Part shown: positions 23,510 to 36,132 of the stretch, one piece after another | Layout of the letters: every line of letters begins with the position of its first letter | How positions within the stretch are numbered: the first letter of the stretch is position 1 | Origin: Thalia democratica | Taxonomy: Eukaryota | Assembly: GCA_965202585.1 (NCBI GenBank) | Contig: OZ241828.1 | Coordinates: 70,928,001-70,992,000, forward strand | DNA length: 64,000 nt | Reading direction: 5' to 3' | The notes under the pieces: model-generated | The model's input: only the letters and a program-made list of their open reading frames with translations | Told to the model about the DNA's origin: nothing | The model's database searches: none | Program-made: the position numbers and the translations under genes

Positions 23510-26500
23510 CTAATCGTCGTTGTGCTTGTCCCACTCTTCAACTTTCAAATGCTTGGCTATCGCGTTCTGACAACTCATAATGTTCTTGTTCATTTCCCGC
23601 ATCTTCTGCATCAGGTTCTTCACTTCCTTCACCTTTCTCTCCACGTCACTGATCCGAGACTCCACGTTCTCAAGCTCCGACTGTTCGAGTGAGATGGAAA
23701 ATGAATGGTAAAAAGGTTATATGGTTTACTTTGAAATAGCATGCAATGTTTATATGATACACGTATTGCAACTGTAGAAGGGTGGGGGTTGAAAAAATAT
23801 TTAAAACTTTAAGCACTTTTTGTCACTAAACATTTACTAGTTCCAATTATAAAAGTCGTAGAAAATTATTTCATCAACTAGTTTTTAGTAAACTAGAAAT
23901 ATATTTCAAAAGTTTAATGCGTGAAAAGTATATAAAGTAGTACCTATAACAGTAAAAACTATTGACATATTTTCTTTTATAAATGAAATTAGAAATTAAA
24001 AAACATTATTTACCTTTTCGTTAGAGAAGGCATCAGCTAATGTGTCTCTGTCCAGGTATTCTTCTTCCTTGTAATACCTGATTATCCCGTTCGCTTTCTT
24101 GTACTGATTCGGCTTCAGAGACCTGTATCTCCTTAAAAGTCTTCTTCTCAGCCATCTGCGGTTAAATTTAGTTGTTAAGATGATTTTGTAAACTTAAGAA
24201 GTAATTGTTAAAGTTCTAAATAACCTAAATTAAGGATTATAAGTAGTTTTCTAAACATATCGTATGTCTTAAAGTAAGTTTATTTTTAGTAAATACTTGA
24301 CATTTTACTAAAAACCCTAAAAGCGCACACTTTTAAATGCATGAATTTTATAGCCATAGACGTCACACTTTTAAAAACTTATTGTTATAAAAACAAAATT
24401 AACTTAAGAAAACTTAAAAAAAATTTCTGCATTTATTTCAGACTATCTATCACAATGTTTATAAGCACAACCAGTGTATATTGCTTTGCAAGAAAAGTTG
24501 TGACAATCAAATGTGTCAGTTTAAAGGAAAATTTAGGTTTTCAACCTGAGAAGAATGCTCAGAAAAGTTTATGAAAACTTTTTTATTTTTATATAGGTTG
24601 CTGTTATTAAGTTTAAAAACGTCTGTGGCAAAACATAAATTTGTTACCCGCATCGGTTAAAGCTAAACTTTTTAAAACTACCTGGGAAGAATGTATTGTT
24701 TTAGAAAAGTTTATGAAAACTTGTCTGATTTTATCAAGGTTGGTGTTATAAAGTTTAAAAACATCTTTTGTGAAACATAAATTCGGTTCGAACCAAATTT
24801 TTCATAACTACCTAGGAAGAATAAGTGGTCTTAGAAAAGTTTACAAAAACTTGTCTATTTTTATCGGGGTTGTTGTTATAAAGTTTTTCAAGCATTAATT
24901 TGTTACCCGCATTGGTTCGAACTAAACTTTTATAACTATAAACACTATAAACATAAATTTGTCACCGGTTCGAACTTTTCATACCTGGGAAGGATGTACT
25001 CCACGTCGAGCATGAGCTGCACCTGCATGGCCAGTGACGTCAGCTCGGCGTTGTTCTGCACTTCCTTGATGTCGTCTACTGCTAACCCGACCTGGTTTGA
25101 TAAGTGTTTTAAAACAGTATGCAGGAGCAATTTGTTCAAAAATGCTTATGATGTTAGTAAGTGTAGAATTTATAAGTGATTCAAAATAGTGCGTAAGAGC
25201 AATTTGATTGAAAAATACTTATGAATTTATTATTTCAAAAATTTAATTTACAAACTAATTTTCGGTCAAAGACCTCGTCAGTGCTTAACATATACTCTCA
25301 TATATTGAATAAGATTTATTTAAGCACTGACGAGGTCTTTAACGGATACTTAGTTTGTAATATAAATTTTTGAAAGAACAAATTCATTATTTCTCCTCTA
25401 GCAGTTGAGATCTCTCTATTTGTTTTCTTAAAATTAAAACGCATACTAAAAATGCTTATGACGTTAGCAATAATGATATTTCTTAAGAACAAGTTTTAAA
25501 CTATGATAAAAAATTTTACTCTTAAAGCTGACTTGACAAAATACAAACGAACCAGCAAGTTCATGATGATTATGCTCATGACGATCACAAACACGACGAA
25601 TATCAAGTACGTCACCGCGTCGTAAGTAACCTGTTTGAAATGTTCTCAGTAGTATAGAAAAAACTAAAACATTTGTTGTAAATTTATTCGTAACAGAACA
25701 AAATGAACTTGTGATTTAATGAGCTAAAAATTTTATGGAAGTAAAACGGTAAAGTAGAATAAGTTAAAATCAAAATACAATGTTAATATTAAATTTTCAC
25801 TATATTTCTACATAACAATAATTTTGTAGAACATTTAAAAACAATTATGGTAGTATATATAAGTATTTACGTTTTTGAAAAATTGATATAAACAGATCAA
25901 AAAGTTAAGTCTAAAAACATCGGATCTAATATCACTAGATTAGTTAACAATAGATTATTTCTGAGCGTTTCACAAAAGAATTTTCTGATGTTAATAAAAC
26001 ACAAATTTGTTGTGTTCTACAAAAATAAATATCAAATACCTGTTCGGTTTCCACGCTAGTTGGTGATCTTTCGGTTATGAATATTGAATCGTACTCGAAC
26101 TCACCGATCATCATGATGAACGTTTTTATCAACGCCAACCACCATAACGAGAACGTTGGCTGGTAATGTTTGTAAACATGGTAAACGCTTATTGGTATGA
26201 AGAGAAAAAGCAGGATAAAAAAAAGACATTGACACATAAAAATTAATATAGATAAAAGAATGTTATTCTTTTTTTAAACTTAATATGTTTTTAATAGCAT
26301 TCAGAAAAGTAATGCTTGAACTTAAAAGTTTCACAGAACTTTGGTTGATCGTTTATTAACAACTTTTTTTGAAGCATAAAATAAAATTTGGTTTTTATAA
26401 ATAAGTTCAATTTTAATGAAACAATAAATTTTGCGTTAAACAACAAATTTAAAAGTTACGTGTTTTACAGAATTGAAAAAATAGCAAAACATTTAAACAC

Positions 26501-29500
26501 AAAAAACTCCACCTGATTTTGCAGAAGAACGTGAAAAGTGAACCCGAAGCCGAATATGAAGAAGAAGAAGACGAGGGCGAACTTGGTGAACGACTTCAGC
26601 ACGTCGTAGAACATCACCACGTACAAGCCGAACCTCGGCAGGTTCTGTATGTTGAGCAGCAATGCGAACCACGACAGCAGTATTGCGATCGCACCCACCT
26701 GCCACTGCCAGTCCTGTAAGGGTTTTTTGCTTCATTATTATATATATTTTTTTCTATTTTTTTTTATTTTGATTGCTTGTTTTCTTAAAATTAATTCAAT
26801 TCGATTTTTTTTTCAAAGCTAAAATATACTTTTGAAGAGTTTAATTGTCTGTTAGATTTTATAACTTTTTTACTGTATTGAACAAACTTTAACTAACCTC
26901 TCTAGCCCCGTAGCTGTTACCGACATCGATTACAGTGAGAATGGAACAAATATAAAACGGAAACTCAATTAAGTTGATCACCGATCTAAAGTAGACGAAA
27001 CCGGATGATAGTATTTGATAAACCTGTAAATATAGAGTGGTGTTATCCTTAATCAAAAAATCTTTGTTATTAAAAAAACTTAATTGAATCGTCAAAAATG
27101 TACAAATAATATTGGTACTGCTTAAAAAATATTTAAATCTCGAAACAAATCTCATACTAAGTTGTGATCAAGCTGAAATCTTTAAAAGTTCAAGTTTAGA
27201 GATATTAATACAACAAGTTACTTTTTTTTTTAATTCAAAGTTTTCTAAAACAATATATCGTACCTCTTCCGACAGTTGTATAAAGGCTAAAGACATTTTA
27301 AAAACTATTTTCAAAAAGCACAATTAAAAACCAAACCTCTTTAAGCAACCCAATAGCAGATGCGATCTATGTCAATAACCAAACATTTTGTAGTATTTTA
27401 CATACTTTTAAGTACAGATTTGGATAATAAAAAAATTAAAAAAAAGTTTATAAGTCATATTCCAGCTAGTCAAAAACCATAAAATTCAAACCTCTTTCAG
27501 CAGCCCTATGGCAGATGCGATGATGACAACGACCTGCCCTGGTGTCTGAAAATTGTACCAAGTTCTAGGGCAGGTGGTTCCCCATCTGCTCTGATAATTG
27601 GTAGTCACAATAGTGCATCCTTGTGACTGAGATGATGCTCTGTCTGTTTAAAAGTAAAAATAAACTTTGTAAACAATGATACTAGATACTTGAATAGAGT
27701 CTGTACTTTTTCATTTAGTGTGAAAACTAGAAATATACTTTTTTTTGTTGTTTTATAAAACTTACTCTATTTCTAGGTTTAATAAAAGCTATTATCTTTT
27801 AAATAAGTCAATGAACTCATTGACAATGTTTAAAAGTACAAACATCTTGGAACTAATAAAAATTAAGGTTTAGTATATATTTTTTGTATCATACATATTT
27901 AGATCCAACTAACCGACACCATAGGCGGGTGGGGATGTGAGCATGTAAGCGTTGATGAACACCAAGCAAGTTATCAGCTGTATGAGGTTCGCGTAGTAGA
28001 AATACCTCCCGTACAGTTTCCACTTCAAATTCAGCAGGGACACTGCCAGTGGGTGGCGCAACAAACTTGTTCGTTTCGATTTAACCTAGTAAATTGTTTG
28101 AGAAGTATAAACTATACTCATGAATTTTAAAAAAGTGTTGAAAACTTTGATGGTTTTTGTTTCGATATGATCCATATTAAAAAGTTTTAATTACAACTTG
28201 ATTTTTGTCTAACAAAAAATGCATATACAATACAGTAAATATTGTCATATCAGATCTTTAAAAGATTACTAAATAAAAAAAGAAACTTTCAAACTATAAG
28301 TATTTTACAAACATTTTAATTAGAGTATGATAAAAAGACTATTTTTACACTATAGTTTACATAATGGAAAAAGTGTGTTCTTCAAAGCATAAGTTGAATG
28401 AAAGCACTAAAGTGAGGCAACTTACATTTTACTACTTTATTTAACCTAAATGACACTTTAAAAAAGATAAGAACTTACGGTAAAATGTTTATTAACGAAA
28501 TTCATTTTAATAAACTAACCATGACATTAAGTGAGTGATTGTCGTGTAATGTTAAAGGTTGAAGAAAATAAGGTAAAACTAATAAAGTTTTTAATAAACC
28601 AAACATAACATAAAAGTGTTGATTGTTGTGTAATACTGGTGGTTCATGAAAATAAGAAAGAATTAATAAAATATTTAATATAAATAACCATAACATTAAG
28701 TGGGTGATTTTCGTTCAATATTGATAGTTCATGAGAATAAGGAAGACTTAATAAAGTATTTAATAAATCAACCATAACATTGAGTGGGTGATTGTCGTGT
28801 AAAACTGAAGGTTCATGTGAATATGGAAGAATTAATAAAATATTTATAAACCAACCATAACATTAAGTGGGTGGTTGTCGTGTAAAACTGAAGGTTCATG
28901 CGAATATGGAAGAGCTCCTCTTTCTAATTTGCCGAAATCATCGTATACCTGTTTGTATATAAGCATATAGTTTTTGGTGTAAAATTTGTTACAGTTTGTT
29001 TGTCAAATAAAAAGTAAAAGTATTAATTTAATATGTATGCATCAGAGAATAATAATAATACTTAATTGTAAAAGCAAAACATTAAATGAATTTTTTCATG
29101 CATCTTTTAAGTTTTTATGGTAGTATAAGTGATAAAATAAACTCAATCTAAAATAAGATTAAGACATTAAAGTGTTTTGACAATGGATGTAGTCTACTGT
29201 AAGTTTAAAAAAGCATTCTTGAGTTTTTGTTTTTCGTTTTAATATAAAGATAGATTTTAGTTTTTGAATCGTGTAGTAGTTGAGATTGTGAGCAATCAAA
29301 AGTAAAAAATAAGTCCAATTATATTCAGTTTCTATATGTAGATTTTACCTTATTATAGAAACTAAGTAATAAGTTTATTTTGTGAGCAAAAATAAATTTT
29401 TTATAGTTAGAAAAAAAAATATTTATCAGTTCAAAAATGTAAATAAATGAATTATATCTTAGTTTTACATACACCTTTAAAATCATGTCAGTTTTGTTTA

Positions 29501-32500
29501 AGTTTTGTTAAGTAATAGCACCTATTACTACAAAGCATATTAAATACAAAAAGCACTTAATGATATTAGCAGTTACACCAAAATGTTGTTTAACAAGCAA
29601 AACGTGTATAAAACTCATAAAGTGACCGTTTTAATTGTTTACCTTATATTAATCTTTAAAAGTAACAATATGATGATATCAAATGAATTGTTTTTATCAT
29701 GCTGAACATAGCAATTTGTTAGTACACCAAACATGCCCTTTTACCAAATTGGAAATGGACGATGTTGTAGACTGGATTCTTTCTCTCATCGCGTAAAGTT
29801 TTGACAACTGTTTGTTTGTCACGTGTGATAATTTTAAGTGTGTAAGATGTACGATAAACACATGATACACAACATTGTTACAAAAACTAGCATTTTTGAA
29901 TAATAGTGAGTTAAAGTCAAACAATTAAGCAGAAAACTACCAAAACTTAAAATTTAATCAGTCGTTTTGAGAAAATGTATGAGTTTTTACATTATAACGT
30001 ACTTAAACTAGCACACTTTAATACAGTTAAACTTTTACAGTATTTTTGTCTACCTGCATATAAAACTATAACAACTAGAAACTACGTTCCCTATTTACGG
30101 CATGTTTGAGATCAACATAGCCAGTTTCACCTTTATACGCTTAAAACTTACAGTTTGGCTGTCTGGAAGTAAGCGTGAATAAGTTTGTCGATTTCGATTT
30201 CCTATGAACTTTTAGTTTGCTTTATTTATAGTTGACTTTAGGCAGTTTAAATATAACTTTATTTCAGATACTGTATCTTGTGTAAGGTAAAACAAAATTT
30301 TAAAAGCTTTGAGCATACTAAATTTATAAAATAAAACTGTAAATCAAGTGATATATATAAAACAGTTGAAAATAAAAAAATACATATAAACAGTTATTTG
30401 ATTAAGTAAGCAGTAAAGAAAACGTTTGTGCCATATGTAAAATCTTTCAAACAGGAATATAACTGCTCAATGTTTACATGAAAGTATGCATTTAATTTAT
30501 TAGTTGTATAAAAAATGAAATGTTTAACAAAATAAACTCGCCATTGATTGACAACAAGTTTCAAAACAACATATAAGGTTTTATTTTTTATAAAATCACA
30601 AAATAAAAACGTGCCTCATGTTAAAATTCAAGTGTAAAAAGCTGAAAACTTAATAGTAAAACAACAGTATAAAGCTTATGAAGGATAAACTATAAAAACA
30701 AACGTTTTTGTGAAAAAATTGTTACGTTACCTAAAAAATTTTGAATTACTTTTACTAGAATATTATTTTTTAACAGTTTGTTCTAAAAACCGCAAACAAA
30801 TTAAATTTCAATACGAAAAGCTCAAACAGCTTATTTTTCGATGACTAACAGTTTTTTGTATAAGCGATTGAATTGGAGCTAATTAAGCAAATATTTGAAC
30901 TGTGTATTATATACTATGGAGAAAATATTTATGTAGTGCAACCTATTTAGCGATTACAACGATTAGCTGCGACTTTTGTGTTATGAATTCATGGGCGCTC
31001 TTTTGTTATTTTGTTTGTTATTAAACATAAGCTCAGGTTTACAATAAAACGCATTTAAAAGTTGTTTTGAAAATAGGCAAATAACAGGAAAAATTAAATC
31101 ACTCAAATGAATTTATCGAAGTCACAAACAATACAAAGTATTTACCTTTACTTTTTAATCATAGTTTATAATTCGTAGTACTAGTTTTCAAAGTTGTTTT
31201 CAGCAAAAGTGTTTAAATAAATCTTTTTAACAAATACGTAAGATTCAAATTTTACTGTGATTGTTTAAAATATTTTTCATGAAAAAGTTTAAAAACAATA
31301 CTGCTTTATAAAAAAAAAGATATTTATATAAAGTACGTAATATAAGTTCATTTGCTTTTTCTGCATCTTTTTTACTTAGTATAATGATAAAATTGTTCTT
31401 ATACAAAGGTTTCTGAGAAAGGTAAAAAATATTCAAAATATAACTTTTAATGTTGTTTTTCTAATCGGAAAATTGCAATAAAACTCAGTTATAAAGTATT
31501 AAAGTAAAATAAATATCAACCTATTAAACTAGTTCAACCTTTTAAAGCTTTAGATAGTAATTTATATTGAAAGTTTCAAAAACTTTTTTTCAACTTCATA
31601 AAACTATTTATTTTACCAACCTTGTCGGGGTGTTCGCTCATCTGGAACGAGGCTTCGGAGAAAGTGTCTTCAATTTCGCACCAATAAGTTGAAGAATATT
31701 CGTCATCCAAAAACTCGTAATCAAACGTCACCTGTTCAACATTTTTGGTTTAATTATTGTTACTAATTGTATCTTTTTTTATCACATATGGTAGTAGCAA
31801 GTGCTCGAATACTCATTATCTAAAAGTTCGTAATCGAGTTTCACCTGGTAAATAGTTGTATTTTTTTTTCTGCCCTATTAATATATTTAAAATTCAGTAG
31901 AAAGAAGATATTTTATTAATAATCAAAGCAGTTTTTAAAGTTTTTATGTAAACCTCTGTTTTAATACTTCATACAAACTAAACTAGCGGGCCAGAAAAAA
32001 AAAGACAATTTTTGGTCAAAAAGTTGTAATTGTTCAAATCAGCATTTATTCTCACTGTGCATTGAAGACTTAAACAATCTGTATTCTTAACTCAAATGAT
32101 TTCCACTATACATGCAAAACGAACAACATAATATAATAGTTATTATTATACACTAAAAAAATAACTCTCACCTCATATCTGGGGTCTTCGGGGTTTTTCC
32201 CATTGGTGCTCATGCATTTCACGAAAACTTCCTCCGCCACGTGGGGCATCTTTTTTATCAACTTTCTCATCGGAGTTTTCAGTGCTACGTCTGTTATATA
32301 TCTTATTTTTAATTTAATATGACTAACTTGTAACTTTCCTGTTCTAAAGTTGAGTTTAATTTAATCATGTATAGGTGAGTGTTTAACTTAATGCTTTTTT
32401 AAAAGTTAATAGTCAATATAAGCTGTTTTTAACTGAGTATTTGATAAAAACTATTATACAAATATCAATTATTAGTGTTGTTTAAGTAAGGATCTCCATC

Positions 32501-35500
32501 TATAAAAAAATCTGACTGGTGTTAGAATGTCGAATTAAAATACACTTATAAAAACAATAACTACACAGTTAGATACTCTGTCACTTTTGATTTAGTATTT
32601 CACGCTACGATAACAGACATACTTTTACAAAAAAAAGGTATTACTGTAAATTTGTAGTAAAATAAATAAAGTATTGAAACATAAGGAAAATTAATAAAAT
32701 ATATTTACAAATATTCTCACACACCTGATCCGTACCCCTTATTTCTGTTCTTCATTGCATCCCTCCAATGTTCAGAGTTTATTATCACCCTGGCACAGTT
32801 GTCGTGACCGTTGTCGATTGCGAAGTCCAAAGCGTTCTTGCCGGTCTGAGATGTGTGGGACACGTCTGCTTTCCATCTGAAAATTGTGAGTTTTTACATT
32901 TTTAATAAAAACAAAGTTTATAGTATTGTTTTAATGTAAGACAACGAGTTCGCATCTATTGATACAAATTATTGTTTGATAAAATTACGAGATAAAATTC
33001 AACAGTTTTACGTTCATCATATGCGTCAGTTAATAAATTTTTACGAAGTTGTAGCTTTTTGTGTGTTGAAAAAACAAAACAAAAACCAAATCTTATGGTG
33101 CAGAGTGTCTTTTTATAGCAAACACTTTAGCTATTTATAACAAGCTCAAGGAGTATTTATGCATAACAAGCAAGCTAAAAAAATGTAAAAATCAAGCAAT
33201 CAAAGTTAATATAAGATGGGTTGACAATTAAAATATACAAAAATAAAGTTTACTGTAAAAACAAAGCTTGAATATCATACAATTTCAATAAAAACAATTT
33301 TTTTTAAACAAAGAAAAACATATCAACTTAACTTAAATATTATTAGAGTGAATATAAAAAATTTCAACAAAAAATATAATCCAACAAACTTCAACAGCAG
33401 TTCAACGAGTTCCTCGTGTCCTTCCTGGGATGCCAGGTGCAGAGGGGTGATCCTCCTCTTGTCCTTGGGATCCACCGGAGCGTCTGCTTCCAACAACACC
33501 AGTGCGGAGTTCTTCATACCGGCGTACGCGCAACAATCAAGCGGTGTCCATTGTTTTGAATTTCTATGAAAAAATTATCAAGTAATACTATACATTTAAT
33601 TGAAAAATTAGTTTGATGTAAAACGTTGAAATACAACAATGTTTACGGCTTATAATTTTTAAGAAAAGTTAAAAATGTTTTATAATAAAGTGTTTGTAAA
33701 CTGCCCAAGGTACCATTGCACGTTTGTACCACTACAAAGAGTTTGCATATCTAAAAATTTTATAATTAAACCCTGCCACTCATTGTAACTTTTACGTGAT
33801 ATTGAGAAGCGAAACAAAAAAGTTACTAAGTGTTCTTAAAAACAACAACAAAAGTCCACAAACCTCGCCCTGATACTCACACGAGCTCCCTCACCAAATT
33901 GTGAACATATTTTATTTAAAATAATACAACATGACACAAATAAAACAACAACTAACCTCGCCCTGATACTTGCCCCCACCTTAACAAGTTCCCTCACCAC
34001 GTTCGTCCTTCCTTTCAAAGAAGCCAAGTGAAGTGGCGTGTCTCCGTTTTCATCATCATCCATTACAATCTCCCTTATAATGTATAAGTAAAATAAATAA
34101 TAATTTCTAAGTAATTGAATCATAACTAAAGTTAATCAAAATAAAGAAAAATAGTTTACTGAAAATGGGAGTAGCTCTTAAAATTACTTTAAACTTTTTA
34201 AATCAAACACATTGATGTGTTTGTTAATATTATTTAGTATTTTATGTTAGTAAAAACCTGCTTGTACTAGTAAGCAGTTGCACAACCCTCACATGGCCTC
34301 TGTCTGCTGCTAAATGCAAAGGTGTTTGCTCGTCTTCGTTCTTTTCTTCTATAGAACATTTCGCATCTATGAGGATCTGGAAAAATGTTGAAGTTCAAAG
34401 TATCTGTTTTGTTTTTATACAAGTTTGTGTGTTTTTAATTGTTCCTTACATGTTTAACTCTAACTTGTTCGTTTAAGCTTGGTTATTTAAATATAACAGC
34501 TAGATTAAATTAAGTCTTGATTTCTAGTTATTGAAAGTTATTTAAAGGCATTAATTTAAAACAGTTAACTATTATTGTTAGTTATAAAACAAAATTGTTA
34601 TAAACTAGATTTCAAAGCTTTTAGTTTCAAAATTTGTTTTTACCTTAACAATTTGCAGGTGACCCTCGGAGGCAGCCACGTGTAACGGAGTGTTGTCATA
34701 CCTGTCTGTTTTGTCAATCAGCTTTTTTGCTCGTCTGTTCTTCAGAAATATCTGTGGGTGCAAGACACTTATTACTGTTTCATATAAATTTTGAAAACTA
34801 TTATACCACCTAAGTCATAGTACTTGAAATTACAATATTCATAGTTCTATGGTTAGCTTAAAATTTAATTTGATGGTTTTAACTATTTTACAAAGTTTTT
34901 TTAGAAAATTTACTAAATATTTAACTAAAATTCTTATAACTATTTAAATAATGTTTTTAAAGTTTCCCGATTTTCCTTGTACTTATGCATTTTTACAACA
35001 GTTATTAGCAATAAAACCATAAAAAATCCAGTATTTGCTTACTTTTGAAGCCAACATATCAGAAAGCTTCTAAAAAACAATCTAAGTTCTTTATACTTCA
35101 ATAGTTGAGAACTTTTTATTAAAACATTTCATGTTTAAAGCATCTTAACTAAACAGATAAGTAAGAATGCTTAGTTACCACAAAGTATGGTTTAATTTAA
35201 TACTGAAACTAATGTTAATCCACACCAACCTTCAACGCGTCCTGTCTGTTTTCTTCCGCGCACTGGTAAATGACGCTCTTGTCGTTCTTGTCCATAGCTG
35301 TCACGTTCGCCTTCAACCTCAGCAAGCACGTGATCGTTTCGGTGTGACCGTAGTTTGCCGCCATCAGTAATGGGGTGAAGTTCTCGAAGTCGTGAGATTC
35401 CACGTTGGCGCCTCTGTAAGGGTGATTTTAAAAATTAATTTACAATTTGCTCTAAAAACATAAAGTCTGTTAGTTTTTTTATTTTGATAAAGTGTGATAC

Positions 35501-36061
35501 AGCAGCATCCTTAAAATGTACCTAGTTAAAGTTATTTTTTAAATTTCATAGCTGTATGTGATAAAAATAAAACTTTAATGAAAGTTCATTTAGCAGCCTT
35601 AAAAATAACATTATTCTGATTTTGGCAGTTTGAGAGTCTTTATTAAACATAAAAAATATACTTTTTAATGTTTAAAATTATTTTGATAAGCAGACTAAAT
35701 GTTCATGCTGTATACGGCTTCTGAATCAAGTATTAAAGCATGTTTAAACTTAAATTAAAAAGTTTAAGTAAAAACAAACTTTTTAATGAGGAACTCAACT
35801 ACGAGATGATGGTTGTGCTTGGCAGCTAGCAACAAAGGAGTGGCGAAATTTTCATCTTTCATGTCGATGTTCGCTCCCTTTTCGAGCAAGTGCTGAGCTA
35901 TCTCGAGATGGCCGTTCCTCGCCGCCAAGTGTAGGGGCGTCTCCCTGTTGCTCATTCGAGCGTTGAGCGCTCCTATGTGTCCTGTTGAGTTTTGTTTACA
36001 AAACATGAAAACGCTACTCTAATAAGAAACAATAAATGTTTCTTATTTAAAGAATAATAAT

Positions 36062-36132
<71 letters not shown>

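Noticed and set aside
28517-28852. Regularly spaced repeats superficially like a CRISPR array (also 24529-24960 and 57190-57590)
   Set aside because: Eukaryotic context, no cas genes, and whole units are homologous with no unique spacers. The first two arrays derive from exon ends.
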